Below are positions 18,194-27,977 of a DNA stretch of 64,000 bases, piece after piece; position 1 is the stretch's first letter, and each line of letters opens with the position of its first letter. The DNA lies in the NCBI GenBank assembly GCA_963664815.2, contig CAXXHB010000003.1:768001-832000 (forward strand), read 5' to 3'. Made by a program: the position numbers and the translations under genes. Below the pieces are notes generated by a model. The model saw nothing but the letters and a program-made list of their open reading frames with translations, was not told where the DNA came from and made no database searches. The DNA is from Spirochaetota bacterium. GTDB taxonomy: Bacteria > Spirochaetota > UBA4802 > UBA5550.

Positions 18194-18631
18194 TCATGTA
18201 TTGAGAATCATATAATCACAACTGGCGGAAGCTACAAGCTTTTTGTCTTTATTGTATGCCTCACCCTCCATGTGAATTATCCTTTTACCCTTAGACTTGA
18301 CCCTGGCTGTGACAGTCAGTTCGTCTCCAGGAAAAACAGGACGGTGATAACTGGCGTTTATATCCACCATGGCCGAGGATGGCGTGCCGGATGACACGGC
18401 GCATAGAGGACCGAAAACATTGTCAAAGGCGGCTGTAATGATGCCCCCCTGCATTGAACCGCCGGGATTGAGATAGGAATCAAATACGGGGAATGTCACT
18501 GTCAGTGATGTTCCCGGTTTATATTCCGTAAGTCTTCCTTTCATATTGGTGAAACAGGGTGGGGGAGTGGGGAGATCGATACTTATCCCTCCGTAAGGTT
18601 CGTATATCTCTTTATGACCATTATCTTTCAT
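18194..18631 (-). CDS. PaaI family thioesterase
   Basis: YLNPGGSMQGGIITAAFDN, SYHRPV. Confidence 0.9.
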   Translation of the reverse strand: MKDNGHKEIYEPYGGISIDLPTPPPCFTNMKGRLTEYKPGTSLTVTFPVFDSYLNPGGSMQGGIITAAFDNVFGPLCAVSSGTPSSAMVDINASYHRPVFPGDELTVTARVKSKGKRIIHMEGEAYNKDKKLVASASCDYMILNT

Positions 18632-18645
18632 TTCATCTACCTCTG

Positions 18646-19206
18646 TTATATGTAACTCTTATTAACAAAAAAGATTATAATCAATACAACTGCTGATATC
18701 AAAACTGTAACTCTGATATTTCTTTTAAAACTATCAGATTCCGGAATAAGCTTATTTCTGAAATCATCTCTTACAGAGATCAATGCAACAATTGAAGCTA
18801 TCCCGATCAGTATAAGTGAAAAAAAACTGAATGTTACTGCAAGTCCAATTGATGTTGCAATAAGGACTGCTGCTGATATATATTTTTCCTGATTTTTTTC
18901 TTCTTCATGTTTATCTCCTTTGTTATAAAAGAAACCGGCTGTTACTGAAACAATACATAAAAGAGAAGATGTAACTGCATTTATAAAAATAATATTCTGC
19001 AATTCTGCATCAGCCATCGAAAGATCAAGTCCTGGTATAATGCTTTGGAATATGCCATGTAGAAGCATTGAGGTTATTGAGCCGAATATAAAAAATAACA
19101 GATTCCCGATAATTCCCAGGACTCCGCCTGTTATAGTAAGATAAAGAACTTTTTTTTTCACAGCAATATACCTTCCCGGATTCTTGTTTTTGTTCCCATC
19201 AGCCAC
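18646..19206 (-). CDS. Uncharacterised multi-TM membrane protein (paralog of 2972..3487)
   Basis: Collinear similarity with 2972..3487; 14 bp upstream of the PaaI gene on the same strand. Confidence 0.8.
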   Translation of the reverse strand: MADGNKNKNPGRYIAVKKKVLYLTITGGVLGIIGNLLFFIFGSITSMLLHGIFQSIIPGLDLSMADAELQNIIFINAVTSSLLCIVSVTAGFFYNKGDKHEEEKNQEKYISAAVLIATSIGLAVTFSFFSLILIGIASIVALISVRDDFRNKLIPESDSFKRNIRVTVLISAVVLIIIFFVNKSYI

Positions 19207-19393
19207 TGTTTGAAGGAGCAGAATAAAACACAGTAATCTCTATACAGAAATCCTCTTATTATATTTACGTTAAACAGCCCATGTGAGTTTGATTTTTCAA
19301 GGCTGGCAGTGAGTGGTGATATAAAAAGAGCAAGAGATACATAAATAATTCGTTTCATGGATGTATTATATGTAATCAGGTGATAAATGCAAG

Positions 19394-19424
19394 AAAAAAA
19401 AGAAACCCCCGGATTGCGGGGGTT
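19394..19424 (-). terminator. Intrinsic terminator
   Basis: 8-bp GC-rich stem followed by TCTTTTTTTT on the minus strand. Confidence 0.75.
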
Positions 19425-19460
19425 GAGAGCAAATCATGAATATGATGCAACTTAAATGGT
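19394..19460 (-). ncRNA. Candidate small RNA (promoter followed directly by an intrinsic terminator, no ORF)
   Basis: TTGACT(19495-19490)-17 bp-TATATG, about 40 nt of body, then AACCCCCG/CGGGGGTT hairpin and a U8 tract. Confidence 0.4.
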
Positions 19461-19865
19461 GATAAACATATATCTTCTTTTTTCATATCAGTCAATCGGG
19501 GGAAGTCTTATTTTTTTGTAAGGAAAACACTTATGTATATTATTAGTGCAGATAAATTTATACTGTTTCTCTGAGAGCGATCCTGTCAATGAATTACCTG
19601 TTAAACCTGTATTAATTTTTTTCTCTGTCATTATCTGTTATTATAAAATATTTTTATTATATTATATAGATTACGGCTAAAAAGATGGGAGAGCTGTATT
19701 AATAAATTTTCTTATTCATTTATGCCGGGCGATTAAGATGATTTAACTGTTATAAAAGCAGTTGATCAAGACTGCTGCTTCCTGAACAGCAGTCTGATAT
19801 TAATGGGTGAATGTTTTGGTTTTCAGCAAAATAAAATTATCAGCAGGATTAACCGGGGTGTTTCT

Positions 19866-20660
19866 ATGTCATCGAGGTTTGGTTACAATGGTAAACAGAC
19901 GATAAAATATCTGCTCTTTGTGTTTCTCTTCTTAACAGTTCACAGCGATCTGTCCGGCGAAGAAGCATTTATTGTCTGCTATGTTGACAGATACCCTTAT
20001 CATTATATGGAAAATGGAATTATCAGGGGAGTTGCAGGTGAAGCTGCAGACTACGCGTTCAGGAAATCAGGTTTTTCCTACAGGTGGCAGGAGACCCCTG
20101 CAAAACGTATGATGGCGATGCTAAAAGATAATGCTGAAAAGGTTGTAATGGTGGGATGGTTCAAAAATTCGGAGAGAGAAAAGATCGGCAGATTTTCAAT
20201 ACCTGTGTACCGTGACAAACATCATATGATAATTTCAAAAACATCAAACGAAATAATAAACAGCAAAAAGTCATTCTCTTCACTGCTTGCTGACAATAGA
20301 TTAACCTTGATTATAAAGGATGGATATTCCTACGGGAAACATCTGGATGAGTTAATAAAAAAAGACCGGACAAATACGCAGAAGGTAACGGTTGATATGG
20401 TGAAAATGGTGCAGATGATTAATTCAGGGAGAGGTGATTACATGTTTTCAACGCAGGAGGAGGGTGAGTATCTTATAAAATCATCAGGAGTGCACAGAAA
20501 AAATGTTGTGCTGAAAACATTTCCAGATTCTCCCCCAGGGGAATTCAGGTATCTTTTCTTCAGTAAAAAAGTAACCGACAGCGAAATTAGAATAATAAAC
20601 AGGTATATCAGGGAATTCAATAACAAGGGGAAACAACAACTCAACTCTGCTCCTCATTAA
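19866..20660 (+). CDS. Periplasmic substrate-binding protein (SBP_bac_3-like)
   Basis: RYPY....G...G, P.KR, WFKN.ERE...FS.P, GYSYG..LD, GRGDYM; overlaps the kinase 3' end by 20 bp. Confidence 0.8.
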   Translation: MSSRFGYNGKQTIKYLLFVFLFLTVHSDLSGEEAFIVCYVDRYPYHYMENGIIRGVAGEAADYAFRKSGFSYRWQETPAKRMMAMLKDNAEKVVMVGWFKNSEREKIGRFSIPVYRDKHHMIISKTSNEIINSKKSFSSLLADNRLTLIIKDGYSYGKHLDELIKKDRTNTQKVTVDMVKMVQMINSGRGDYMFSTQEEGEYLIKSSGVHRKNVVLKTFPDSPPGEFRYLFFSKKVTDSEIRIINRYIREFNNKGKQQLNSAPH

Positions 20661-22860
20661 GTATTGAACTTAGCTTCTTTGAAAGCTGAAAAATTGAAAA
20701 TGGTTTAACGATAAAATCTTTAACGCCGGCTTTTTTTACATTTTCAATAAGTTCATTTGAATAAAGTCCGGAAGTCATCAGGATTTTTATTTCCGGGTTT
20801 TGCTTCATCAGATCAATTAGCGCTTCGTATCCCGATTTGACCGGCATTACCATATCCAGTATTACTGCCCGGATGATACCGGCGTTCTCACGGTATAGTT
20901 TAACAGCGTCTTCTCCGTTTGATCCGGTTATGAAAGAGTAACCGCATTCGGCAAGAATTGAACATGTAATATTACGCATAGATTCCTCGTCATCGACAAC
21001 AAGTATTGTCCCTTCACCGGTAAATATTGACTTACCGGCTGTTTTTTCAGCTTCTGATACATTTTCACTGCAGGCCGGAAGGTAAATAGAAAACACCGTG
21101 CCAATACCGATTTCCGAATACACATCAATAAATCCATGATGAGCCTTGATAATGGAGTATACTATTGAAAGCCCCAGGCCGGTACCTTTAACTGTTGTCT
21201 GGATTTTTGTAGTGAAAAATGGATCAAATATTTTAAGAAGTGTATTTTTATCCATCCCTGTTCCTGTATCTTTCACACTTACACGCCAGTAATCCCCTGG
21301 TATGGCTTCAGGGTGTGATTCAATAAAGAAACGGTCAGAAATTGTTTTTATAATTTCAATATCCAGGTGACCGCCCTGGTGTTCTTCAGGTTTTCTCATA
21401 ATTGTCATTGAATGAGCAGCGTTAATACAGAGATTAAGGAGTACCTGGTGTATCTGTGAATTGCTCATCATCGCATACGCTTCTTTTGCATGTTTCTTTA
21501 TGGAAATGGTGATGGATTTATCGAAGGATTTTATACAGATTTCCCCGATCTGATCAATAACTTCATTGATATCGTGAGGTTTGAGTTCAAAATCAGAATC
21601 TTTTTTTGATAAATTCATAAGCTGCGACGCTATTGCTGCTCCGTTCTCACAGCTTTTCTCTACAAGATCAAGGTCTCTGCTTAAGTCCTCAGGTTTTTTA
21701 ATTTTACCCTGTATAATTTTAAATTTCAGCAGGGAAGCTGTAGCTAGTATGCCTCCGAGAATATTGTTGAAGTCATGCGCCACTCCACCTGCCAGAAGGC
21801 CTATACTTTCCATTTTCTGGATGTGCCGGATCTGTTCATCCTTTTTCTGCAGTTCAGTTATATCATCAATCCTGAGCACCAGACTCTCAGAATGTTCATG
21901 TCGCAGCATGAAAATGAAGATATTAAACAGCATATCATCATAACCGGGCAGAGATATACGATAGAGAGAATAAGGTTTATCAAAGGAAATAAATTCTTTT
22001 ATATTCAGTAAAAAGACTGCAATTTCCGGTTTTATATCTTTTAAAAATCTCCCCGGGGCTTTTTCTGTTGTAATACCCATAAACTGGCCAGCTAGCCTGT
22101 TGCATTCAATTATTTTCCATTCATGGTCAAACTGAATAATTATTGAAGGCATGAATTCAATAATGGATTTTATTGAAGATATGCTCTCCTTGACCTTATA
22201 CATCATGTTGTTAAAATTTTCTGCAAGCTTACCGATTTCATCGTTGCTATCAACGGAAATACTATTAGACATATCGCCGCAGGATATTTTATCAACTACA
22301 GCCAGCATTTCATCCAGAGGTTTTATAACTCTCTTTGTTATTATCCATATGCTCTGGAGCACTATCAGAAAGGTTACAACAAACAGGCCGATAAGTTTGA
22401 AAATAATTGACAGTAAGATTCGGTTGTATACATCTTTTGTTACTACAAGTTCAAGTTCCCCGAATTTCTGATTGTTTTTCATAATATCTTTTTTTATTGT
22501 AATGCCCTCTGATTTGACAGGTTTGCTATCCAGATTCAGGATAATATCTCCCTTGTCATCAGTAATCCTGATTTTTGCGATCTCGGGATTAGTGTAAAAT
22601 GCCATGCAGGTATCGTTTAAACCCTGCGTGTTGAAATTCCAGATATGGTCAACGCTGCTTAATGCAATAAGTCTGGCATATCTCTCGGAGTTCTCCTGGA
22701 GAGCTCTTTTATTTTGAAGGTTCTGATCAACAAGCAGATATATGGTAAAAACTGCAAAGCATATGAATATAACCATTCCGGCGGGGATTGAAAATTTTTG
22801 CCGGAGGCTGAGACTGTTCATATAAGTCTTTATTTTTTTATTGAATATATTTAAGTCCAT
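20641..22860 (-). CDS. Hybrid sensor histidine kinase (2 TM-HAMP-PAS-HisKA-HATPase-REC)
   Basis: DEIGKLAENFN HAMP; AHDFNNIL H-box; QVLLNLCINA; DTGTGM; FDPFFTTK; GTGLGL; receiver VVDDE/LDMVMP/KPF. Confidence 0.95.
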   Translation of the reverse strand: MDLNIFNKKIKTYMNSLSLRQKFSIPAGMVIFICFAVFTIYLLVDQNLQNKRALQENSERYARLIALSSVDHIWNFNTQGLNDTCMAFYTNPEIAKIRITDDKGDIILNLDSKPVKSEGITIKKDIMKNNQKFGELELVVTKDVYNRILLSIIFKLIGLFVVTFLIVLQSIWIITKRVIKPLDEMLAVVDKISCGDMSNSISVDSNDEIGKLAENFNNMMYKVKESISSIKSIIEFMPSIIIQFDHEWKIIECNRLAGQFMGITTEKAPGRFLKDIKPEIAVFLLNIKEFISFDKPYSLYRISLPGYDDMLFNIFIFMLRHEHSESLVLRIDDITELQKKDEQIRHIQKMESIGLLAGGVAHDFNNILGGILATASLLKFKIIQGKIKKPEDLSRDLDLVEKSCENGAAIASQLMNLSKKDSDFELKPHDINEVIDQIGEICIKSFDKSITISIKKHAKEAYAMMSNSQIHQVLLNLCINAAHSMTIMRKPEEHQGGHLDIEIIKTISDRFFIESHPEAIPGDYWRVSVKDTGTGMDKNTLLKIFDPFFTTKIQTTVKGTGLGLSIVYSIIKAHHGFIDVYSEIGIGTVFSIYLPACSENVSEAEKTAGKSIFTGEGTILVVDDEESMRNITCSILAECGYSFITGSNGEDAVKLYRENAGIIRAVILDMVMPVKSGYEALIDLMKQNPEIKILMTSGLYSNELIENVKKAGVKDFIVKPFSIFQLSKKLSSILNEEQS

Positions 22861-23503
22861 AAATGTTTCCGGTTAATTTAACGGCAGACCGCCAGTCTAT
22901 CTCCTTTTTTTACTTTAATACTTCATCGATTGTATTATAATATACTGTTTAATCAGGTATTAAAAAAATATTTTTAAACTCGTAAGCGTTTTATAAAATA
23001 ACAATCACGGATATATGCCTTATTTATATTATAAGCAAAGAAGTAGCACATTTCGACATCGTGAGGCGTATGTTACTGCTGCAGAGCTAAGTGCTGACAG
23101 TACAGATGACGGACTTCCCGACCTGTGAATCAGGAGAGGAGATTGTTTTATAAGAATTGTAAAATGTTTTTTTACTCAAAATTTACATTAAGAAAATTCA
23201 TATTTAATTGACTTACAAGCGGTCGGCGGTTCATGTTGTTTCGGGAAGAAATTATATAAAAAAGTATGTTTAATTAAATTTAGTACTTTATTTTACTGCA
23301 TAGACTGCATTTTTCATAAATACAGGTTTTTTATATAGAACATTTATGAATATACATAGCATAAGATTTATTTACATGTTTAAACAGGTATACTCATCAC
23401 AGATTCTGCTGCCGTAGATTTTATTTACAGTTTAAAAGGTCCGGCAGGTAAATCTGTTTTTATAATTACTCCCATCTGGTAATTTATTGATGGATGGTTT
23501 ACT

Positions 23504-25570
23504 ATGGCAGTGATTAAAAGTTTATTCCTAAAAAAGAATCGCGAAGATGTAAATGATTCTATGTTGGCAACTGAAAATGAATTTTCAAATGAGGCTGAAA
23601 AGGCGCCGTCAATCAGTGTCCTCAGCCTGAATTCCTCGCAAATCAATCCTGGTACTCTGAAGGAGTTGTATTCAGAGGATGAAGCTCCTCAGCTTGTTAT
23701 CGGGTTTGTATCCCCGCATCTTGATTTCCGGATGATAAGTTCAAAAATCGGCAGTGCACTACCAGATGTAAAAAATATTCTGCTCTGTACTACAGCGGGC
23801 GAGCTTTCCTGTGACGGCTCCGGCACTACAACAGCATATCATGATACAGGAGACAGGTGGGACAGTGTAGTGCTTCAGGGGTTCAACGGAGAGATATTTG
23901 ATAAAGTGGTTTTAAAAGCTATACCGCTTTTTTCAGAGGATATAAGGTCGGGAAGAGTAACGCGTACTATTCAGGAGAGAATTGATCTTATATCGGGTGA
24001 GCTGAAGAAAATTGATCTCCCCTTCAGGATTCACTATGAAGATACAATTGCCTTTACGCTTATTGACGGTCTTTCAAACAGCGAAAGTTTTTTCATGGAG
24101 GCTGTCTATAATTCAGGAATTCTCCCATGTCTCTTTGTAGGAGGTTCAGCCGGAGGGAAGCTGGATTTTAAAAATACATATATATACTGCAACGGTAAGG
24201 TTTATGAAAACCATGCGGTAATATCATTCATGAAATTAAAACAGGGAATAAAATTCGGAATTCTTAAATCCCAGAATTTTGAGAAGACCGGTACTAAATT
24301 CATGATTCTTGAATCGGATACAGCGAAGAGGTTCGTAAAAACGGTTTATAACCCTTCTGAAAAGACTGTGACAAATTTTGTTGATGAACTATGCTCGTGC
24401 TTTAAATGCAGGCCTGAAAATCTGGACGGAAAACTGAATGACTATACATTTGGTATAGAAATTGACGGTGAATTATATGTACGATCTGTATCCGGCATAG
24501 ATATAAAAGAAAAACAGGTGAATTTTTACTGTGACGTTTCAAAGGGTGATGAACTTTTTCTCATTAAAAAAACAGACTTTGTTGATACAACACGGAGAGA
24601 CTTCGAAAAATTTGTCAGCGAAAAAGAAGGTTATGCCGAGCCGATCGGCGCACTGCTTAATGACTGTATTCTACGAAGGCTGAATAATATGAATCTGCTG
24701 GGCAGGGTTACTCATTTCAGCAAAATACCGGCAGCGGGATTTTCAACATTCGGTGAGCTTCTTGGCGTTAACATAAATCAGACCCTCACTGCCATATTCT
24801 TTTTCAGGGAACTGGCCGCCGGTAAATTCCGTGATTACTACGTTGATACTTTTGTTCATCAGTATTCATGTTTTAAGGATTATTTTAACAGCCGGAGAAT
24901 CAATCAGCTGGAGCAGATTAATGCTATAAGGAAAAACATGTTTGATACTGTCGATTCAAGAATATCAATGGTTAAACAGAGTGTAGACAATTTCGGGAAG
25001 ATCCGGAATTTCTCTGACAGCGTTCATGGCGATCTCACTGCTGTAAATAACCAGTTCAGGGACTTTCTGAAGGGTGTAACAAGCACATCCGGTTCGTATA
25101 CCACTCTTGCTGAGGGGGCCAGAGGTATGGAGACATCTGCGGGGCAGGTTAAATCAATACTCGATGTTATAGCGGAGCTTTCTGACCAGACTAACATGCT
25201 TGCATTGAATGCAGCGATAGAGGCAGCCAGGGCAGGAGATCAGGGACGCGGTTTTGCTGTTGTTGCTGATGAAGTAAAAAAACTTGCCGACAGTACACAG
25301 GCTCAGCTTAAAGAGAGTAACACGGTCATAAATGGAATAACTGATCAGATTAAAAAGATAAGCCTTGCCATTGCCTCGCTGAACAGTCAGATGGATCAGG
25401 TAGTTAAGAACAGCTCGTCAATAGATCAGGAAATTACAAGTCTAATGGAGAATTCAGTTTCCATACAGAAAGACTCGGCAGTAATCCTGGAACTTTTAAA
25501 CAGTCTTCTTTTTCTAATAGGTGAGATGGACAATATGAAAAATCTTGAGAGTAAACTGATGGTTGTATAG
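23504..25570 (+). CDS. Soluble chemoreceptor with FIST-N/FIST-C sensor and MCP signalling domain
   Basis: CTTAGE, LIDGLS, GGSAGG, NDCILR, GFSTFGE (FIST); [30 protein letters not shown] (MCP); no TM. Confidence 0.92.
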   Translation: MAVIKSLFLKKNREDVNDSMLATENEFSNEAEKAPSISVLSLNSSQINPGTLKELYSEDEAPQLVIGFVSPHLDFRMISSKIGSALPDVKNILLCTTAGELSCDGSGTTTAYHDTGDRWDSVVLQGFNGEIFDKVVLKAIPLFSEDIRSGRVTRTIQERIDLISGELKKIDLPFRIHYEDTIAFTLIDGLSNSESFFMEAVYNSGILPCLFVGGSAGGKLDFKNTYIYCNGKVYENHAVISFMKLKQGIKFGILKSQNFEKTGTKFMILESDTAKRFVKTVYNPSEKTVTNFVDELCSCFKCRPENLDGKLNDYTFGIEIDGELYVRSVSGIDIKEKQVNFYCDVSKGDELFLIKKTDFVDTTRRDFEKFVSEKEGYAEPIGALLNDCILRRLNNMNLLGRVTHFSKIPAAGFSTFGELLGVNINQTLTAIFFFRELAAGKFRDYYVDTFVHQYSCFKDYFNSRRINQLEQINAIRKNMFDTVDSRISMVKQSVDNFGKIRNFSDSVHGDLTAVNNQFRDFLKGVTSTSGSYTTLAEGARGMETSAGQVKSILDVIAELSDQTNMLALNAAIEAARAGDQGRGFAVVADEVKKLADSTQAQLKESNTVINGITDQIKKISLAIASLNSQMDQVVKNSSSIDQEITSLMENSVSIQKDSAVILELLNSLLFLIGEMDNMKNLESKLMVV

Positions 25571-25711
25571 TAATTTCAGGGGGTTGTCCTGTTCAGCAGG
25601 TGATACCTCCTGGTTATTTTATCAGAAAGCAGATACCGGAGACATCAGGTTTTAGTTGATTTTTCTCAGATGTTTATTGAACTTTATTTATGGCAAAAAG
25701 ATCATCCATAA

Positions 25712-26821
25712 TTAATTCCAGTTAAATCCCTCTTCGCGAAAAAGGCTGATGCATGCATCAACAACACAGGGTTCATACTTAATCCCCCTGTTTGTTTTTA
25801 TTTCATCAAGAGCCAGTTCCACTCCCGGTGATATTCTGAATGGCCTGTTTGTCCCCATTGCCTCAACTACATCAGCAACACTTAATATTTTTGCCTCGAT
25901 CATTATATCATTCTTTTCGAGACCGAAAGGATATCCGCTTCCGTCAATTCTTTCATGATGCTGCAGAACAATTGAAGCGATCGGCCAGGGAAATTCTATA
26001 TCCTTGAGAATTTCAAATCCGATACGTGGATGCATTTTTATAACATTTAATGCCTCTTCGGAAAGTTGTCCCGGTTTTGTTAAAAATTCACTGGGTACAG
26101 ATATTTTCCCTATATCATGGAGATCCCCTGCTATCATAATGCTTTCAATAGTGGTGTCATCGAGACCGATTTTTTTTGCTATTGAAACTGCAAGTTTCGA
26201 AACGCGCTGCTGATGCCCCACTGTATAAGGGTCACGCATTTCAAGTGCTGATGTAAGGGAATTTACAGTCTGAAGAAACAGTCTGTTAGAAAGCTCAGAT
26301 TTTTCCTTATATTGGCTCGTCCTGATCTGAACAGTTTCCTCCAGCTCCAGGTTAAGAAATTTCATTTCGTCTCTGCTCTTGGTCAGTTCTTTATTCGCTA
26401 AAAAAAGATCCCTGTTTTTTTCGATAAGTTCCTGCTGAAGAAGGGTTATTTCGTTTGCACTTTGCTGAAGAGCCTGCCTGAAAAGATTCTCATTTGTCAC
26501 ATCTTTGATAACTGCAATTGCTTCGTTTTTGTTTTCATAATGAATAAAATAAAGATTAAAAATGATTTCTGTTTCTTCTACCCTGTTAATCCCGATAATA
26601 CGAAACTCATTTTTTTCCCCTGAAATAACCCTGTATATATCATCTTCATATCCGATTACTTCCTGAAAAATTTCTGTTAAATCAAATTTTGTTCTGTTTC
26701 TATCCAGATCCAGATAAGAATAAATTTTATCATGATCAAAATGAATTTCCATATCTCTGTTAACAAACCCGTAATATAAACCGAACCTGTTAAATAGAAA
26801 CATCAGAAATTCATTATTCAT
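25712..26821 (-). CDS. PAS-like / coiled-coil / HD-GYP phosphodiesterase
   Basis: RDPYTVGHQQRV, LHDIGK, HHERIDGSGYP, ADVVEAM...RPFR; ATGA overlap with the GTPase gene. Confidence 0.92.
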   Translation of the reverse strand: MNNEFLMFLFNRFGLYYGFVNRDMEIHFDHDKIYSYLDLDRNRTKFDLTEIFQEVIGYEDDIYRVISGEKNEFRIIGINRVEETEIIFNLYFIHYENKNEAIAVIKDVTNENLFRQALQQSANEITLLQQELIEKNRDLFLANKELTKSRDEMKFLNLELEETVQIRTSQYKEKSELSNRLFLQTVNSLTSALEMRDPYTVGHQQRVSKLAVSIAKKIGLDDTTIESIMIAGDLHDIGKISVPSEFLTKPGQLSEEALNVIKMHPRIGFEILKDIEFPWPIASIVLQHHERIDGSGYPFGLEKNDIMIEAKILSVADVVEAMGTNRPFRISPGVELALDEIKTNRGIKYEPCVVDACISLFREEGFNWN

Positions 26822-27342
26822 TTTATTTTACCTTTGTATATGGCAAGACTCAGTTCATTAAATAAATTATCGATATTAAGCCCGTCTTTGGCGCTTGTTG
26901 CTATAATGGAATTTATATTTTTTTCTTTCAGGTTTTTTTTTGCAAGAGCCAGTTGTTCCCCTGAATTTTCCACAAGATCAGACTTGTTCAATGCAACAAA
27001 AAGATTTATACCCGGATCAACACTCTGCAGGAGATCCGCATGCTCGGATATATTTTCAATTGTGTTTTTTCTGGTAAGATCAGCGACAATTATTCCTGCC
27101 GAAGATCCTTTTATATATTCAGACGATATTTTAGTAAATTTATCACCACCGGCAATATCCCATAATAAAAGATCCGCCTTTACAGATTCATTTATTATAA
27201 CTTCTTTTTTTGTTACTTTTACTCCGATTGTTGTCAGATATGTATCACTGAATTCATCGTAGACGAAACGGCGGACAAGGCTTGTTTTTCCTACGGCAAA
27301 ATCTCCAACCATTACAATCTTCCATTTATAGTTCAAACCCAT
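26818..27342 (-). CDS. Stand-alone Ras-superfamily (Rab-like, Rup-type) small GTPase
   Basis: G1 GDFAVGKT, G2 YLTTIG, G3 WDIAGG, G4 NKSD, G5 TSAK; 174 aa, no CaaX. Confidence 0.92.
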   Translation of the reverse strand: MGLNYKWKIVMVGDFAVGKTSLVRRFVYDEFSDTYLTTIGVKVTKKEVIINESVKADLLLWDIAGGDKFTKISSEYIKGSSAGIIVADLTRKNTIENISEHADLLQSVDPGINLFVALNKSDLVENSGEQLALAKKNLKEKNINSIIATSAKDGLNIDNLFNELSLAIYKGKIK

Positions 27343-27448
27343 TTATTTCACCATATTCCGGGAACCAGATAACCTGATCATATTGTTCTTTAATCTTCAA
27401 CTTTTTTTCAATCAGTAAATATTGTTTACTGAATATAATTAACAAAAA

Positions 27449-27919
27449 TTAATACCGGAAATAGTTAATAATGCTTATCCAGAGGAGTAATACAATTTCG
27501 GAAAGAGTTTTGCGCCGGATAAGTTCACTATTTTTCAGGATAATTTCATTTTTTCTCTGCTGAAGCTTTCTGAGGGAGAGACACCCTTCAGTTACATCTT
27601 CAATAATAATAAAGGCGGAATTCTCCTTCCCGGGATTGCTTAAAAAATGCAGGTTGAAGAAAATTTCATTCTTTAATGTTCTGTTAATTGTATTTAAACT
27701 GAATCTTTCTGTCTTCTTAAAGATTACATTTAAAATTTCATCTTCCAGACCGTAAATTTCCGGGAAAAAATCTGTTATTATTTCATTTTTCACCGATTCT
27801 GTAATTTCCAGATAAACCTGTATTTTTTTATCAGTAAAAGAAAGGATTAAAGATGAATTAATAGTTGCATAATAAATTCCTGATTTACTGTTTAATATTT
27901 CTAAAGCGTAATTCAGCAT
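27449..27919 (-). CDS. PAS-like domain protein without output domain
   Basis: Homologous to the N-terminus of 25712..26821 (FPEIYGLED.I..V, INR, FNL.F, I.DVT, LQQ..NEI.L); GAGG RBS. Confidence 0.7.
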   Translation of the reverse strand: MLNYALEILNSKSGIYYATINSSLILSFTDKKIQVYLEITESVKNEIITDFFPEIYGLEDEILNVIFKKTERFSLNTINRTLKNEIFFNLHFLSNPGKENSAFIIIEDVTEGCLSLRKLQQRKNEIILKNSELIRRKTLSEIVLLLWISIINYFRY

Positions 27920-27977
27920 TCAGTAACCTCTGTTGTTTAATTCACTCGTGATCTGATATTTAAAACCGGTTAAACAG

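Noticed and set aside
19158-19358. 66-aa ORF with signal-like start
   Set aside because: Overlaps the next gene out of frame and loses protein-like character after the leader; at most a remnant
23040-23145. Structured RNA in the GC-richer patch between the kinase and FIST-MCP genes
   Set aside because: No convincing stems or known family motif by eye
26818-27342. Eukaryotic Rab contamination or a Roco fragment
   Set aside because: Embedded in a bacterial operon with translational coupling; no CaaX, LRR or COR domain
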